Shown here: positions 55,241 through 64,000 of the stretch, one piece after another
Numbering within the stretch: position 1 is the first letter of the stretch
Layout: each line of letters begins with the position of its first letter
IMG/VR virus record: IMGVR_UViG_3300033067_001299
Span: 7,769 to 71,768 of that record
Origin: a virus
Lineage: Duplodnaviria > Caudoviricetes
Length of the DNA stretch: 64,000 nucleotides
Direction: 5' to 3' (one strand)
Position numbers and translations under genes: made by a program
Notes under the pieces: generated by a model
What the model was told of the DNA's origin: nothing
Databases searched by the model: none
Seen by the model: only the letters and a program-made list of their open reading frames with translations

Positions 55241-55450
55241 TCACTTTCCATCGTCCGATTCCGGGTTGTTCCACCCGGCGCTCTCGGCCAGCTCGATCAA
55301 AAACGCGCCGAGCCGAGCGGCGTCGCTCGGGGTAAAGTCAATTTTGACGTTCTGGCACTCCAGGACGACGATCCCATGAACTCGCCTGGCGCAGACAGAG
55401 TCAATCACCTCGTTTTCGGTCGCGCAAGAGACGCGATAGCGTTCGCTCAT
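55241..55450 (-). CDS. hypothetical protein
   Basis: GGAGG RBS before ATG 55450. Confidence 0.5.
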   Translation of the reverse strand: MSERYRVSCATENEVIDSVCARRVHGIVVLECQNVKIDFTPSDAARLGAFLIELAESAGWNNPESDDGK

Positions 55451-55507
55451 GGTTCCTCCACCGATGATTGATAACACAATTTCGCTGACATGCGCCACGC
55501 CGATGTT

Positions 55508-55822
55508 TCAGGCCCAGCGCTCGACTGTCATCTCGTACAGCGTCTCGAACAGGTGGACCTTCATCTGGATCGCCTTCGAGAGACTCGCTCCGACCAGCAC
55601 GACCCGCCACTCTTTCTTGCGTGCGTCGTGGAACTTGAAAGTCGCCTCGAACACGTCCACGCGCGATCCGCGCACGACGAGCGGGAACTTCGGATAGATC
55701 TCCAGTCCGGTCAGGCGACCGTCGGAAACGAGCTGCCTGACGCCGAGATACTTGCGGTAGTCTGTCTCGTTTTTGAACGTGTGACCGTCCACAGAAATGC
55801 GTCGCCCTCTACCGGTCGCCAC
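55508..55822 (-). CDS. DUF1064-like endonuclease-fold protein
   Basis: VDGHTF...LEIYPKFPL...F.ATF.F; catalytic Asp appears substituted. Confidence 0.55.
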   Translation of the reverse strand: MATGRGRRISVDGHTFKNETDYRKYLGVRQLVSDGRLTGLEIYPKFPLVVRGSRVDVFEATFKFHDARKKEWRVVLVGASLSKAIQMKVHLFETLYEMTVERWA

Positions 55823-56367
55823 GTTTTCTCGCTCCAGGTGTGTTCGTGTTCTGCGGGTTCCGGTTCGACGAGCACCTTGCCAGAGCATCCGGTGACTCTC
55901 GGCACCATCGCTCTGCCTCTGGCGTTGCGCGGCCACGGATCGATCTCGGAGTGCAGCTTCAGCAGGTCGAGCGTCGCCAGCTCGTTCAGCTCGACAGGAG
56001 GATGCCAGCGCCACTCGCGCGGCTCTTTCCAGCGGTTTGCGATCACGAAATCTGGAACGAGAGACCGATACTCGCCGCAGCGGTGGATGGTGGCCGGGTG
56101 GCGTCCGTACTCGTCGAAGCGCCAGTTGTCGTAGCGGGAAACCGAGACCGGAATATACGGCCCTCGGTAGAAGAACGTGTCGGCCTCGTACCGAGCGAAC
56201 GACAGCGGCCTGAAATCTGTCCTGATCCACAGCGCGCCGATCTCGATTACAAAGCCGAGTTTAGGACGGATGATCTGGTGGTACGAGATACCGCGTCGAT
56301 CAATCCATCGCAAGAACTCGACTCTCGCGTCGGACTGCTTCTTCAGGTAGATGCGCCGGTCGCGCAT
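55711..56367 (-). CDS. hypothetical protein
   Basis: 218-aa ORF; 3' end overlaps the next gene. Confidence 0.45.
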   Translation of the reverse strand: MRDRRIYLKKQSDARVEFLRWIDRRGISYHQIIRPKLGFVIEIGALWIRTDFRPLSFARYEADTFFYRGPYIPVSVSRYDNWRFDEYGRHPATIHRCGEYRSLVPDFVIANRWKEPREWRWHPPVELNELATLDLLKLHSEIDPWPRNARGRAMVPRVTGCSGKVLVEPEPAEHEHTWSEKTWRPVEGDAFLWTVTRSKTRQTTASISASGSSFPTVA

Positions 56368-56376
56368 TGCCGGTCG

Positions 56377-56646
56377 CTAGATCTCTCTTCCTTGCTTGTC
56401 TTTCGGCCACGGCATAAAACAAACAGGAAATCCGAATACAATAGAAAAAAACCATATAACAATTCCGTAAACTGCGACTTCTTTGTCGATAACACCAAAC
56501 ACATCGAGCCACGGAAGAGCGGGCAACGCGATTGCAAACAACAGCAAAACGCAAGAATGAAAAGCTTTGTACATAAATGTTTGCTCCATCATCTCGTCGC
56601 AATACAGACGAATATCGCTAACAGCGCGACAACAACGATACAACAC
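56377..56646 (-). CDS. membrane protein
   Basis: Two hydrophobic segments. Confidence 0.45.
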   Translation of the reverse strand: MLYRCCRAVSDIRLYCDEMMEQTFMYKAFHSCVLLLFAIALPALPWLDVFGVIDKEVAVYGIVIWFFSIVFGFPVCFMPWPKDKQGREI

Positions 56647-56709
56647 AACAGCAATATGACGAGCGCAGCGATCACGCGATCATCTCGATTAAATTAAATT
56701 CGATACAGA

Positions 56710-56925
56710 TCACAGATCGGCTCTCCTAGCACAAAAGCTGCACGTTTTGTCTCCTTCTCGCGGAATCGAGATTTGACCGACGTGGTGCTTGCGTCCGCAG
56801 ATCGTGGTGCGGTGCTGCTCGCTCAGCAGCGCGTACTCGTAGAAGTGCTTGGTGCGAGAATTGTGGCTGCCGGAGTTCGACCACCAGCCGATCTTGTCTT
56901 CAAGCGTAAGGTCATCCACGGTCAC
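56710..56925 (-). CDS. small zinc-binding protein
   Basis: H...ICG...CSFC. Confidence 0.45.
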   Translation of the reverse strand: MTVDDLTLEDKIGWWSNSGSHNSRTKHFYEYALLSEQHRTTICGRKHHVGQISIPREGDKTCSFCARRADL

Positions 56926-57379
56926 GCTCCAGAACGAACAGCAGCACGGCGACCGCGTCGGACTCGTCGAACGACTCGACCGCGTGACCTCTGCGGTTGA
57001 TTTCCTCCATCACGGTCTCCTTGTTGGCGTTTCCCTTGCCGCACAGCGCCTTCTTCCAGGTGCCGACCGGGATGCCCTCGTAGGGGATCGAGCGTTCCTC
57101 GCACCACGATGTCAGCGTCGCCAGAAGACCGCCGTAGATGTGGGCCGCGTCTGTCCCCTTGTGGCCGCGAACCTCCTCGTAGCAGACGACCAGCGGCGGC
57201 ATCATGTTATCGAGCTGCCGGTCGAGCCACTGGCGGAATTTCAGGTAGCGCATCCCGCCGCCCTCGTATCGCGAGTTGGCGAAACTCGCCGTGCCGTGGA
57301 AGATTTCGGAGCCGGCCTTCGTGGCCCAGCCGGTGGTGGTTCCGAGGTCGAGAGATAGAATGGTCATGCGTTTATCCAA
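56912..57379 (-). CDS. ruvC: RuvC-like Holliday junction resolvase
   Basis: ILSLDLGTTTGW, YEEV, WKKALCGKGNA.K, DESDAVA. Confidence 0.85.
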   Translation of the reverse strand: MDKRMTILSLDLGTTTGWATKAGSEIFHGTASFANSRYEGGGMRYLKFRQWLDRQLDNMMPPLVVCYEEVRGHKGTDAAHIYGGLLATLTSWCEERSIPYEGIPVGTWKKALCGKGNANKETVMEEINRRGHAVESFDESDAVAVLLFVLERDRG

Positions 57380-57608
57380 GCTGCATTTCTACGTCATCAA
57401 GATCGAGCGCGTCCAGCACCTCGCGGGTAGCGTCGTCGCCGTCGAAGTCGAGCGGCGTCCGGCCCTGGAGCGAGCGGTTCGGTCGCACCTCCCACAGCGG
57501 GCAGCTCTCGCGCGCGCAGTTGCCGACCGCGAACGGGTCGTGTCCACGGCACTGCATGCAGAACTCGTCCACCGCCTGCCGGATCGAGATCACGAAACCT
57601 CCAGACAA
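57372..57608 (-). CDS. small Cys-rich protein
   Basis: FCMQC...C...CPLW..RP. Confidence 0.55.
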   Translation of the reverse strand: MSGGFVISIRQAVDEFCMQCRGHDPFAVGNCARESCPLWEVRPNRSLQGRTPLDFDGDDATREVLDALDLDDVEMQLG

Positions 57609-57720
57609 AAAAATGCCCCGACGGTGAGAGCACGCCAGGGCAAAATATCAACCACCATAGGAGGAGCGCCGGTTGGCCCAAATGGGGAAAGAAAGGTCGG
57701 GACCGACGGAACGGAGTCTC

Positions 57721-58062
57721 TCACGGATGTATGCTCGCTGTCAAATTGTTCTTTATGAACGCCGCGAAGCGCTTTCCCCTTCGCAGCTTCTCCGCCGGGC
57801 TGAATCGGTGCTGCACGCTCAGCTCGTACTCGTGATCGGACTTCTCGATCAGTCCGGCGTCCAGCATCCGTTTGACAACGTTCCGATAGCGCTCGTCGAT
57901 GTCTGGAGGAACCTTGATCAGTCGCTCTTTCCACTTCGCGACCGTGTCGTCCGACGAGACCAGCAAGTCGGCGCACTCGCTCCTGGTGACGCCGTCGCCG
58001 TTCCATCCGCCGTCGAGTCGCTCCCAGTGCGAGAGAACGTCTTCGATCTCTTCTAGAGTCAT
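57721..58062 (-). CDS. hypothetical protein
   Basis: 113 aa coupled to the primase-helicase. Confidence 0.5.
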   Translation of the reverse strand: MTLEEIEDVLSHWERLDGGWNGDGVTRSECADLLVSSDDTVAKWKERLIKVPPDIDERYRNVVKRMLDAGLIEKSDHEYELSVQHRFSPAEKLRRGKRFAAFIKNNLTASIHP

Positions 58063-59907
58063 TTAGAACTCCTCGCAGATTGTTTTATTGTTTTCACTGT
58101 CGAGATACCGCACGATCTTTCTTTGTTGTTCGTGAAACTGCAAAGCGTTGTGCTCGAAGTAAAGCGGTAGCCGGATCGGCAACTTTCCGCCCAACTCTCT
58201 ATTCTTTATCAGAGATAATATAGTATCACACTCATGATGGACGTTCAACGACTTTGTTCTTCTGGGTCTCGGCTCGTCGCTCACCTCTTCGTTCGGTGTC
58301 GCCCACACCGAGAGAATGATGTCGGCCTCGTCCGTTATCGCGGATGCGCCTCTCACGCCGAACTTTCCGGGCTTGCTCCACTCGTCGTCCGGCTTTCTCT
58401 GATGTGCCACCAGATGCACGATGGCGTCGTACTCCAACTTGAAATCGCACAGCAGATCGATGAATCCCTTCTGCCCGTCGTTGTCGTCCTCTCGCAAACC
58501 GCACCTCAACAGCGAATCGATCACCACGTTTCGGATGTCGTATCGCCTGGCCGCGTATCGGAACAGCTCGAACAGTCGCTTGCCGTCGATGTTTCTCACC
58601 ACGTCCACGATCCACAGCTTGTCTCTCAGCCACATCATGGTGTCGCGAATCTTCTTCGGGTTCGGCTCTCGCTCGCCGAGAAGTTGCGTCACGAGCCACG
58701 CCAGCGTCATCCGCGCCGGCATCTCGCCTGAGAACCACACGTAGCGCTCTCCTTTCAGCAGTCCGTGGACGATGGTCTGCGAGAGCAGCGTGCTCTTGCC
58801 GGAGCCGCTGAAACCGGTCCACAGCACGTACTGGCCGCGCTGGAAGGTGGTCAGCGCGTTCAGCGAGGCCCATGGAGTGTCCAGCCCGCGAAAGGCGCTC
58901 TTGCTGGGATGGAAGCGCTCGACCACCGATTCTGTGAACGAGTCGGCCGGTTTGAGTTCGGCCGGATCGAACGCCCGCGCCGACAGCAGATACTTGCGGA
59001 AATCGGTGATGCCACGCTTGAAGCACTCGTTGGCGTCCTTGTGTGGCAGCGTCACAGTGCGGCAGCGCTCGGGTCCGAGCCTACGAGCGATCTCGGCCGT
59101 CGCCTGCTGTCCAGGATCGTCTCCGTCGAGACATAGATAGATCGTGTCGAAGCGGCTCATCCGGTCGTAGTCGTTATTGACCCACTCTTGCTTGTTGCCG
59201 CCGCCGCCACCGTTCGGAACCGAGAGCGCGGGTATCCCGCACTGGTGTAGCGTGACGCTATCTATTTCTCCTTCGGTGAGACACACGAAGCGCGTGGTCG
59301 GAAACCTCTTCTCGAGAGCGTGCCAACCAAAAAGACACGGTTCCGCTCCTTTCTCTTGGCGGACCTGCTTTTTTCCTTCGATCCGCTCGACGTGCAGGTA
59401 TTTGGTGTTGACGTGCGCGCCGTCGCGCAGGTACGGGAACACGATCCACTCGCCGTCCTGCTCGGCCACGCGGAAGTCGTCGAGCGCCTGCTCGGTCAGC
59501 CCGCGACTCTTGAGGTAGGCCAGCACCTTTCCGTCCGGGTCGATACGCTTGACAGCCACCGGGCGCTGCGGTCGCTGGTACGCCTTCTCTGGACGGCTCT
59601 TCGAGCTGTCCATCGCGATCCCGAGAAACGAGCTGGCCTCGGCCATCGCCTGCCCCAGCCCGACGCCGCGACACAGGCACCACACGTCAAGCAGGTCGCC
59701 GAATGTCTCGCCAGTCGCGAAGTCCGCACCGACGCCCGCCTTGTCGCCCTCCAGAACCACCTTGAGCGAGTGGCCGCTCCCTCCGCCAGAGTCCGCCGCG
59801 TGATACTCCCTCCCGACGATCCTCCCTCCTGGCAGCAGGTGCTCGCACACGGTTGCGGCACGTTCGGTCAACAGCGCGGCCAACTGGGACGGATTGGAAG
59901 GAAGCAT
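58063..59907 (-). CDS. T7/Twinkle-type primase-helicase
   Basis: Toprim (TEGEIDSVTL, LCLDGDDPG, PHKDANE) plus SF4 helicase (GFSGSGKST, VVIDSL, HLVAHQRK, RGASAITDEAD, KNR). Confidence 0.92.
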   Translation of the reverse strand: MLPSNPSQLAALLTERAATVCEHLLPGGRIVGREYHAADSGGGSGHSLKVVLEGDKAGVGADFATGETFGDLLDVWCLCRGVGLGQAMAEASSFLGIAMDSSKSRPEKAYQRPQRPVAVKRIDPDGKVLAYLKSRGLTEQALDDFRVAEQDGEWIVFPYLRDGAHVNTKYLHVERIEGKKQVRQEKGAEPCLFGWHALEKRFPTTRFVCLTEGEIDSVTLHQCGIPALSVPNGGGGGNKQEWVNNDYDRMSRFDTIYLCLDGDDPGQQATAEIARRLGPERCRTVTLPHKDANECFKRGITDFRKYLLSARAFDPAELKPADSFTESVVERFHPSKSAFRGLDTPWASLNALTTFQRGQYVLWTGFSGSGKSTLLSQTIVHGLLKGERYVWFSGEMPARMTLAWLVTQLLGEREPNPKKIRDTMMWLRDKLWIVDVVRNIDGKRLFELFRYAARRYDIRNVVIDSLLRCGLREDDNDGQKGFIDLLCDFKLEYDAIVHLVAHQRKPDDEWSKPGKFGVRGASAITDEADIILSVWATPNEEVSDEPRPRRTKSLNVHHECDTILSLIKNRELGGKLPIRLPLYFEHNALQFHEQQRKIVRYLDSENNKTICEEF

Positions 59908-60030
59908 CTGATCTCTCTCGTTTTTTGGAGTGATGAGCGCCGGACGGAGCGCCAGGCGAGACCGTGGAAGGAACCTCCAGATTAGCGCAACGCCATGCCG
60001 CCATCAACAGTCACACCGCCGAACATCATG

Positions 60031-60222
60031 TCACTCCAGATGAACGGTACCAACCTTCGCCTCGGAAGGCTCATGCGGAAAGTGTCTGTCGAGATAAGAC
60101 AGAAGATCGAAGAACTTCTCGAACACGATCCCGTCTTCGAGATCGAAGTGATCATCTTTCATCGAGTGCAGAAAAAATCCGTTCTTGACTTTGAAGATCG
60201 CCACCGGCTCGTTGATATCCAT
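60031..60222 (-). CDS. hypothetical protein
   Basis: 63 aa with GAG RBS. Confidence 0.45.
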   Translation of the reverse strand: MDINEPVAIFKVKNGFFLHSMKDDHFDLEDGIVFEKFFDLLSYLDRHFPHEPSEAKVGTVHLE

Positions 60223-60441
60223 AATTCACTCTCTCGTTTGTGATCTATTGAATGGTTAAATGTTTTGTTTAAATATCGTGAAGACTCGAATATCTCCAGA
60301 ACAGATGACCGCATTATCGAGAACGACGTGTCTCGATCTGCGCTCTACGAATTTGCCGACGTATCTGGTTCCATCTTTTGTTTTTACCAGCACGCGCTTT
60401 CCTCGCTCGCACGACGTGTGTGGAGTTCTCATGGTAGAGAA

Positions 60442-60936
60442 TCACTTCTTGTGCAGATCCGAGTGGATGTAGATGCTCTTCGCGCCACGCTTGATCAGGT
60501 CCTCCACCAGATAATCGATGTTCCAGCCGTCGGTGTAGTGGTCTTTAAACATGTTGGCGTGCTTTTCGAGCACGTACTCGTTGCAGCGCACGCCCATCTT
60601 TCTCAGGTGATCGATCCAATCCATCCACGAGCCTCGCTCCATGATCTCGCACCCGTCGCTGGCGGTGATGTCCATCATGTACAGCTCCTCGAACCGATCT
60701 TTCTTCGAGACCGTCTCTTTCTTCTCCTTCGGCTTCAGCATCGTCTTGATCACGTCGAGCTGGTCCATCACGTCTGCCAGACAGAAATCCTTTTCCTCGA
60801 TCCTTTTCAGCAGGCACTCCATGTAGTTGCCGACCGTCCGGTGGTCTCGCTCGGCGAGACGCTTCCACAGCTCCTTGCTCTCGACGGATAGCCTGACCGT
60901 CATCGTCGTGCTGCTCGGGTCTTCGATCTTTTTCAT
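60442..60936 (-). CDS. ribbon-helix-helix DNA-binding protein
   Basis: MTVRLSVESKELWKRLAERDHRTVGNYMECLL is Arc/CopG-like. Confidence 0.6.
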   Translation of the reverse strand: MKKIEDPSSTTMTVRLSVESKELWKRLAERDHRTVGNYMECLLKRIEEKDFCLADVMDQLDVIKTMLKPKEKKETVSKKDRFEELYMMDITASDGCEIMERGSWMDWIDHLRKMGVRCNEYVLEKHANMFKDHYTDGWNIDYLVEDLIKRGAKSIYIHSDLHKK

Positions 60937-61160
60937 TTCGCTTTCTCATTTGAGATAATAATCGCCGCCGCCGCAGAGATCGCGTCATGCACGTCAAGCT
61001 TTTCCTGCTCGTCAGTGCGCTCGACATCGTAGCGATCTCGCGTCAACAGTCGAATCGCGCAAAGCGTATCGAAGTTGTCGAGATCGAGCAGTCCGCCTCC
61101 GTGCGCGATATCCGCGATGCGCTTCAATGTCGTGCTGCTCGGGTCTTCGATCTTTTTCAT
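60905..61160. repeat. perfect 32-bp direct repeat pair (60905-60936 and 61129-61160)
   Basis: GTCGTGCTGCTCGGGTCTTCGATCTTTTTCAT occurs twice, 224 bp apart; both copies encode MKKIEDPSSTT. Confidence 0.95.
60933..61160 (-). CDS. hypothetical protein sharing its first 11 aa with the downstream gene
   Basis: MKKIEDPSSTTLKR... Confidence 0.55.
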   Translation of the reverse strand: MKKIEDPSSTTLKRIADIAHGGGLLDLDNFDTLCAIRLLTRDRYDVERTDEQEKLDVHDAISAAAAIIISNEKAK

Positions 61161-61353
61161 GTCGTCTCCTCGATGTCGTCGTACCGGCACAGCGACTCTG
61201 TTCCGAAGTCTATGTACGCGATGGGCCGTCCGCCGTCCGTCATCGCCAGCAGGTTGCCGACCCAGTTAACAGCCACCCTGCTTTCTGTAGGTAGCAGCGA
61301 CAGCAACTCTATCAGCCTCTCAGACGTCATACATCTCGTTCCGTCGTCGTCTC

Positions 61354-61695
61354 TCATACATCTCGATCCTCGCGATAGTCGTCCGACGGACAGAACCAGT
61401 CTTCCTCGATGATGTGTCCGATGGCCGACACCGACTCGTCGTCCGCCTTCACGCGGATCGTCTTGCCTTTCATCTCCGACCACTCTCTCGCTCCGGCGAC
61501 CTCCATCGAGCGCCAGACGAAGTGTCCGGCCACGCTCGCGTTAGAGATGTCGCGAGGCGGGAAATAAAGCGCTCGACCGCCGAAGACTTGCTCGCACCCA
61601 CCGCCGTATCTCAGTTGCAGCACCACGGTCAGGAACCCGTCATAAGAACTGATCACCGCCGAATCGATCACCGCGTTCTTGATTTCCACGCTCAT
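61354..61695 (-). CDS. conserved phage hypothetical protein
   Basis: 113 aa; ...W.EMKGK.IRV...AIGHIIEEDWFCP. Confidence 0.55.
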   Translation of the reverse strand: MSVEIKNAVIDSAVISSYDGFLTVVLQLRYGGGCEQVFGGRALYFPPRDISNASVAGHFVWRSMEVAGAREWSEMKGKTIRVKADDESVSAIGHIIEEDWFCPSDDYREDRDV

Positions 61696-61751
61696 TCATC
61701 CAAGGTAATTGATATGTAAGGGTCCGTCATCAAAGTCGCAAGAATCGCGCT

Positions 61752-62228
61752 CTATGGAGCATCTTTCGCAGCGATCTGGAACCGTTCGTTAACGGGCTTT
61801 CCTCCTATCTTCGACATGCGGTCGTACAGGATCACGTTCGCCGTCGCGGCGAGGTTCATGCAGAACCGGGTCGGCACGTACACCGCGTCGCGACACCACG
61901 ACAGCACGGACTCGTCGAGCGTCGCGTCCTCGGCACCGAAAACGTAGAACGCCCGCTCCGGATGGGTGTATCCGACCAAGCTCCGAGCGCCAGGAACCAG
62001 ATCGACAGCCACGGCAACGCATCCATAAGGGATCGCGCACCTCAAGTCTTCCGTTTCGATGACCGGCATCGACCGCCACATCTTTCCGGTGTCCGTCGCC
62101 GAATGTCGCATCCGGCCACCCGATATCGCCACCATCGCCGCCCCATAGCATCCGGCCGCGCGAATCACTCCTCCGACGTTCTCATAGCATTTCGGGTTGT
62201 CGAGACCGATGGCCGAAAAACCTCTCAT
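61752..62228 (-). CDS. SpoU/TrmH-family RNA 2'-O-methyltransferase
   Basis: NPK..ENVGGVIRAAGCYG...VFGAED...VYVP...MNLAATANVILYDR (SPOUT motifs). Confidence 0.88.
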   Translation of the reverse strand: MRGFSAIGLDNPKCYENVGGVIRAAGCYGAAMVAISGGRMRHSATDTGKMWRSMPVIETEDLRCAIPYGCVAVAVDLVPGARSLVGYTHPERAFYVFGAEDATLDESVLSWCRDAVYVPTRFCMNLAATANVILYDRMSKIGGKPVNERFQIAAKDAP

Positions 62229-62425
62229 GCCTTCGCCTCCTCGTCTACCTCGACTCTCGCGTTCCACCTCATCTCGGTATGTTCGCGGTCGTGTCCGAAC
62301 ATCGTGAGGCTGCAACACGCGCAACACACGTAGCCGTCTTCTTCAGCGAACGAGTCGTCGTCCAGAGGCGCGTACTCCAACTCGGCCGATCCACCGCAAA
62401 ACTGGCATCGCTTCAGATCTATCAT
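62225..62425 (-). CDS. Lar-like restriction-alleviation zinc protein
   Basis: LKRCQFCGG.A...C..C...WN.R. Confidence 0.7.
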   Translation of the reverse strand: MIDLKRCQFCGGSAELEYAPLDDDSFAEEDGYVCCACCSLTMFGHDREHTEMRWNARVEVDEEAKA

Positions 62426-62456
62426 CGCTCTTTCTCCAACCATTCAATATGGACCC

Positions 62457-62485
62457 ATTATAACAAACATTTGTCTGACATGCAA
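62457..62485 (-). promoter_or_regulatory. leftward sigma70-type promoter
   Basis: Minus strand TTGCAT, 17 bp, TATAAT with extended TG. Confidence 0.65.
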
Positions 62486-62558
62486 CTACAATTGTTTGTG
62501 ATGCTATTCTAAACTCTTTCATGAAAAGATCAGCAGAAACATCAGGATACAAAAATCG

Positions 62559-62587
62559 TTGACAACCGCTTTTTATAGGTTTAAGCT
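62559..62587 (+). promoter_or_regulatory. rightward sigma70-type promoter, divergent from 62457-62485
   Basis: TTGACA, 17 bp, TAAGCT. Confidence 0.5.
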
Positions 62588-62614
62588 ACAACCACCCCGG
62601 AAGGGGGGTTTGTC

Positions 62615-62730
62615 TTAAATCTATGTATAGTAAGTAAGTATTATAAAGTAGTACTCTATAAACTAAGATACACTCTATTAGTCTAAGATACTCTATATTA
62701 CTGGTAGAGTATCTTAGAGAAGAGTATTAA
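62615..62730. repeat. AT-rich iteron-like repeats (candidate origin)
   Basis: CTAAGATAC(A)CTCTA twice in direct orientation and TAGAGTATCTTAG inverted, in very AT-rich non-coding DNA. Confidence 0.55.
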
Positions 62731-62779
62731 AGATAAGGTACGCGAATCAATTTTTCGAGATCGCGACCCGTTTCGCTCG

Positions 62780-63148
62780 TCACTCGCCGGATAACCCGTG
62801 AGGTACCACGTGTTGATACAGCTCGTCCAGCGTGACGGCGATGCATCTTTGCCTGGCCTCTTCCTGCATCCGCTTGGCCAGAGACACCGTCGGGATCACC
62901 TTGCCGGACTCGGCGTGAGTGATGGTCCCGATGGAGACCTGGTTCACGATGGACCACTCGGTCTGGTTCATCGAGGTCATCATCCTGAGAGCCTGGAACG
63001 GCGTCCTCGGAACCGCTCCTTCCCTCATGCCCATCGGCTTCACGCCCCTCGGCTTCAGGTCGTGGTTGCGAGGGATGATGTTCGATCCTTCAGGGTCCCA
63101 TCTCACCGTGATCGCACGCTTCGTGTTCGGAATCTCGTTGCTTCCCAT
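62780..63148 (-). CDS. XRE/Cro-like HTH regulator
   Basis: FQALRMMTSMNQTEWSIVNQVSIGTITHAESGKVIPTVSLAKRM. Confidence 0.7.
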   Translation of the reverse strand: MGSNEIPNTKRAITVRWDPEGSNIIPRNHDLKPRGVKPMGMREGAVPRTPFQALRMMTSMNQTEWSIVNQVSIGTITHAESGKVIPTVSLAKRMQEEARQRCIAVTLDELYQHVVPHGLSGE

Positions 63149-63180
63149 GTCAGATACCTGTGTTTTTTGTGGTGGTATAT

Positions 63181-63209
63181 ATTATACTAGTACTATTTGC
63201 GATGGTAAA
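63181..63209 (-). promoter_or_regulatory. promoter for the Cro-like gene
   Basis: Minus strand TTTACC, 17 bp, TATAAT. Confidence 0.55.
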
Positions 63210-63249
63210 ACCCTTTTTTGATGTTTTTTATTATTCGGAAGGATTGATC

Positions 63250-63380
63250 GAGACTTTTTCTAAATAAAGAAGTCCTTTTTTGTATTTCTAGAATACGTGG
63301 CGAATGCATTGTTCGATGAGACTTGTAAATAACTCTTTTTTGTATTTCTAGAATGGGGTGGTAAATAACTCCATGAGACA
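63250..63380. repeat. imperfect 60-bp-period repeat with an identical 20-bp core
   Basis: CTTTTTTGTATTTCTAGAAT at 63275-63294 and 63335-63354; GAGAC and TAAATAA also recur. Confidence 0.8.
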
Positions 63381-64000
63381 CTCTCTCCAATAATCTGCCA
63401 TCTCGAAGGAAAGAGAGAAAAGCATCGCCGTCATATCTTCTCGGTGTGCGACCGGAAGCGAAGCGACGGTCAAGCTACACAAGAGAAGATATGACCTCAT
63501 ATACCTATAGATATAAAGAGAGAGGTTGCGATTCGCGACTATCCGCTCGAAGGTGCGGATGCGGGTATGCTGGCCGTGCTGTGGTCAGCAAGGCGAAGAC
63601 TTGCTTGTTGGCTTGTGATGGCAAACCGTGGTGGTGGTGCCTGCATGGTTGTGGCCGATACGGTGGTTGCCACGATCTTGCAGCACCTATGCCGCAACGG
63701 AGCTTTGCCGGCGGGGGAGAAGGGTTGTTTGGTGGAGGTGAGGTCCGATACGGTGGAGGTGTCCGATACGCTGGCTATGCAGCCATCATATACGCAAAAC
63801 CATATATAGCGTATAAGCCACCTAGGAGGCGATTCTAGCCGCTCTGGCTCGTGGGGGCTATGCGGGTATTGGTTGCCGTTTAAAACGCCTTTAAGGTGGC
63901 AATGCGGGGCAGGATTGAGCACCCTTCATTCATCCGATAATCACTGTCATAAACCATCCCATACATCCGCATATCGTCATAACCAAAAGTTATAACGGAC

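Noticed and set aside
63446-63922. Protein-coding ORFs at the right end
   Set aside because: Overlapping ORFs on both strands with low-complexity, implausible translations and no RBS support.
1-64000. Retron, DGR, integrase/att site, or alternative genetic code
   Set aside because: No reverse transcriptase or recombinase motifs were recognised, and conserved genes read through intact in the standard code.

Overview
The window is a ~64 kb segment of a GC-rich, tailed dsDNA phage (Caudoviricetes, probably siphovirus-like with a proteobacterial host; host and morphology are inferred). The first ~4.8 kb is a rightward accessory block. Nearly everything else is transcribed leftward: a Cro-like regulator, a primase-helicase and RuvC, an endolysin, large virion or secreted proteins, spanins and a holin, dcd, a ParB-methyltransferase, terS, dnaN, an intein-containing terL, tRNA-Thr, thyA, a GGQ release-factor homolog, a DUF935 portal, a Mor-like activator, an orphan NrdJb, then S49 protease, decoration protein, capsid, tail tube, tape measure and distal tail genes. 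No integrase, DNA polymerase, reverse transcriptase or cas gene was recognised. The standout is at 2.1-3.45 kb: a consensus promoter, a 288-aa IS110/Nop-domain protein with no nuclease domain, and directly after it a 36-nt-period array of two alternating 8-nt repeats separated by 9-nt variable spacers. This is the architecture of a TIGR-Tas RNA-guided system (TasA-like). One guide (spacer A plus the reverse complement of spacer B) matches 15 contiguous bases of a phage virion gene at 28139-28153, and that gene carries a frameshift. Other leads are a ~490-nt highly structured intergenic element (candidate ncRNA), a 1383-aa signal-peptide pectate-lyase-like protein, a 32-bp direct-repeat-flanked gene cassette and a candidate iteron origin. 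All calls come from reading the sequence by eye; no searches were run.
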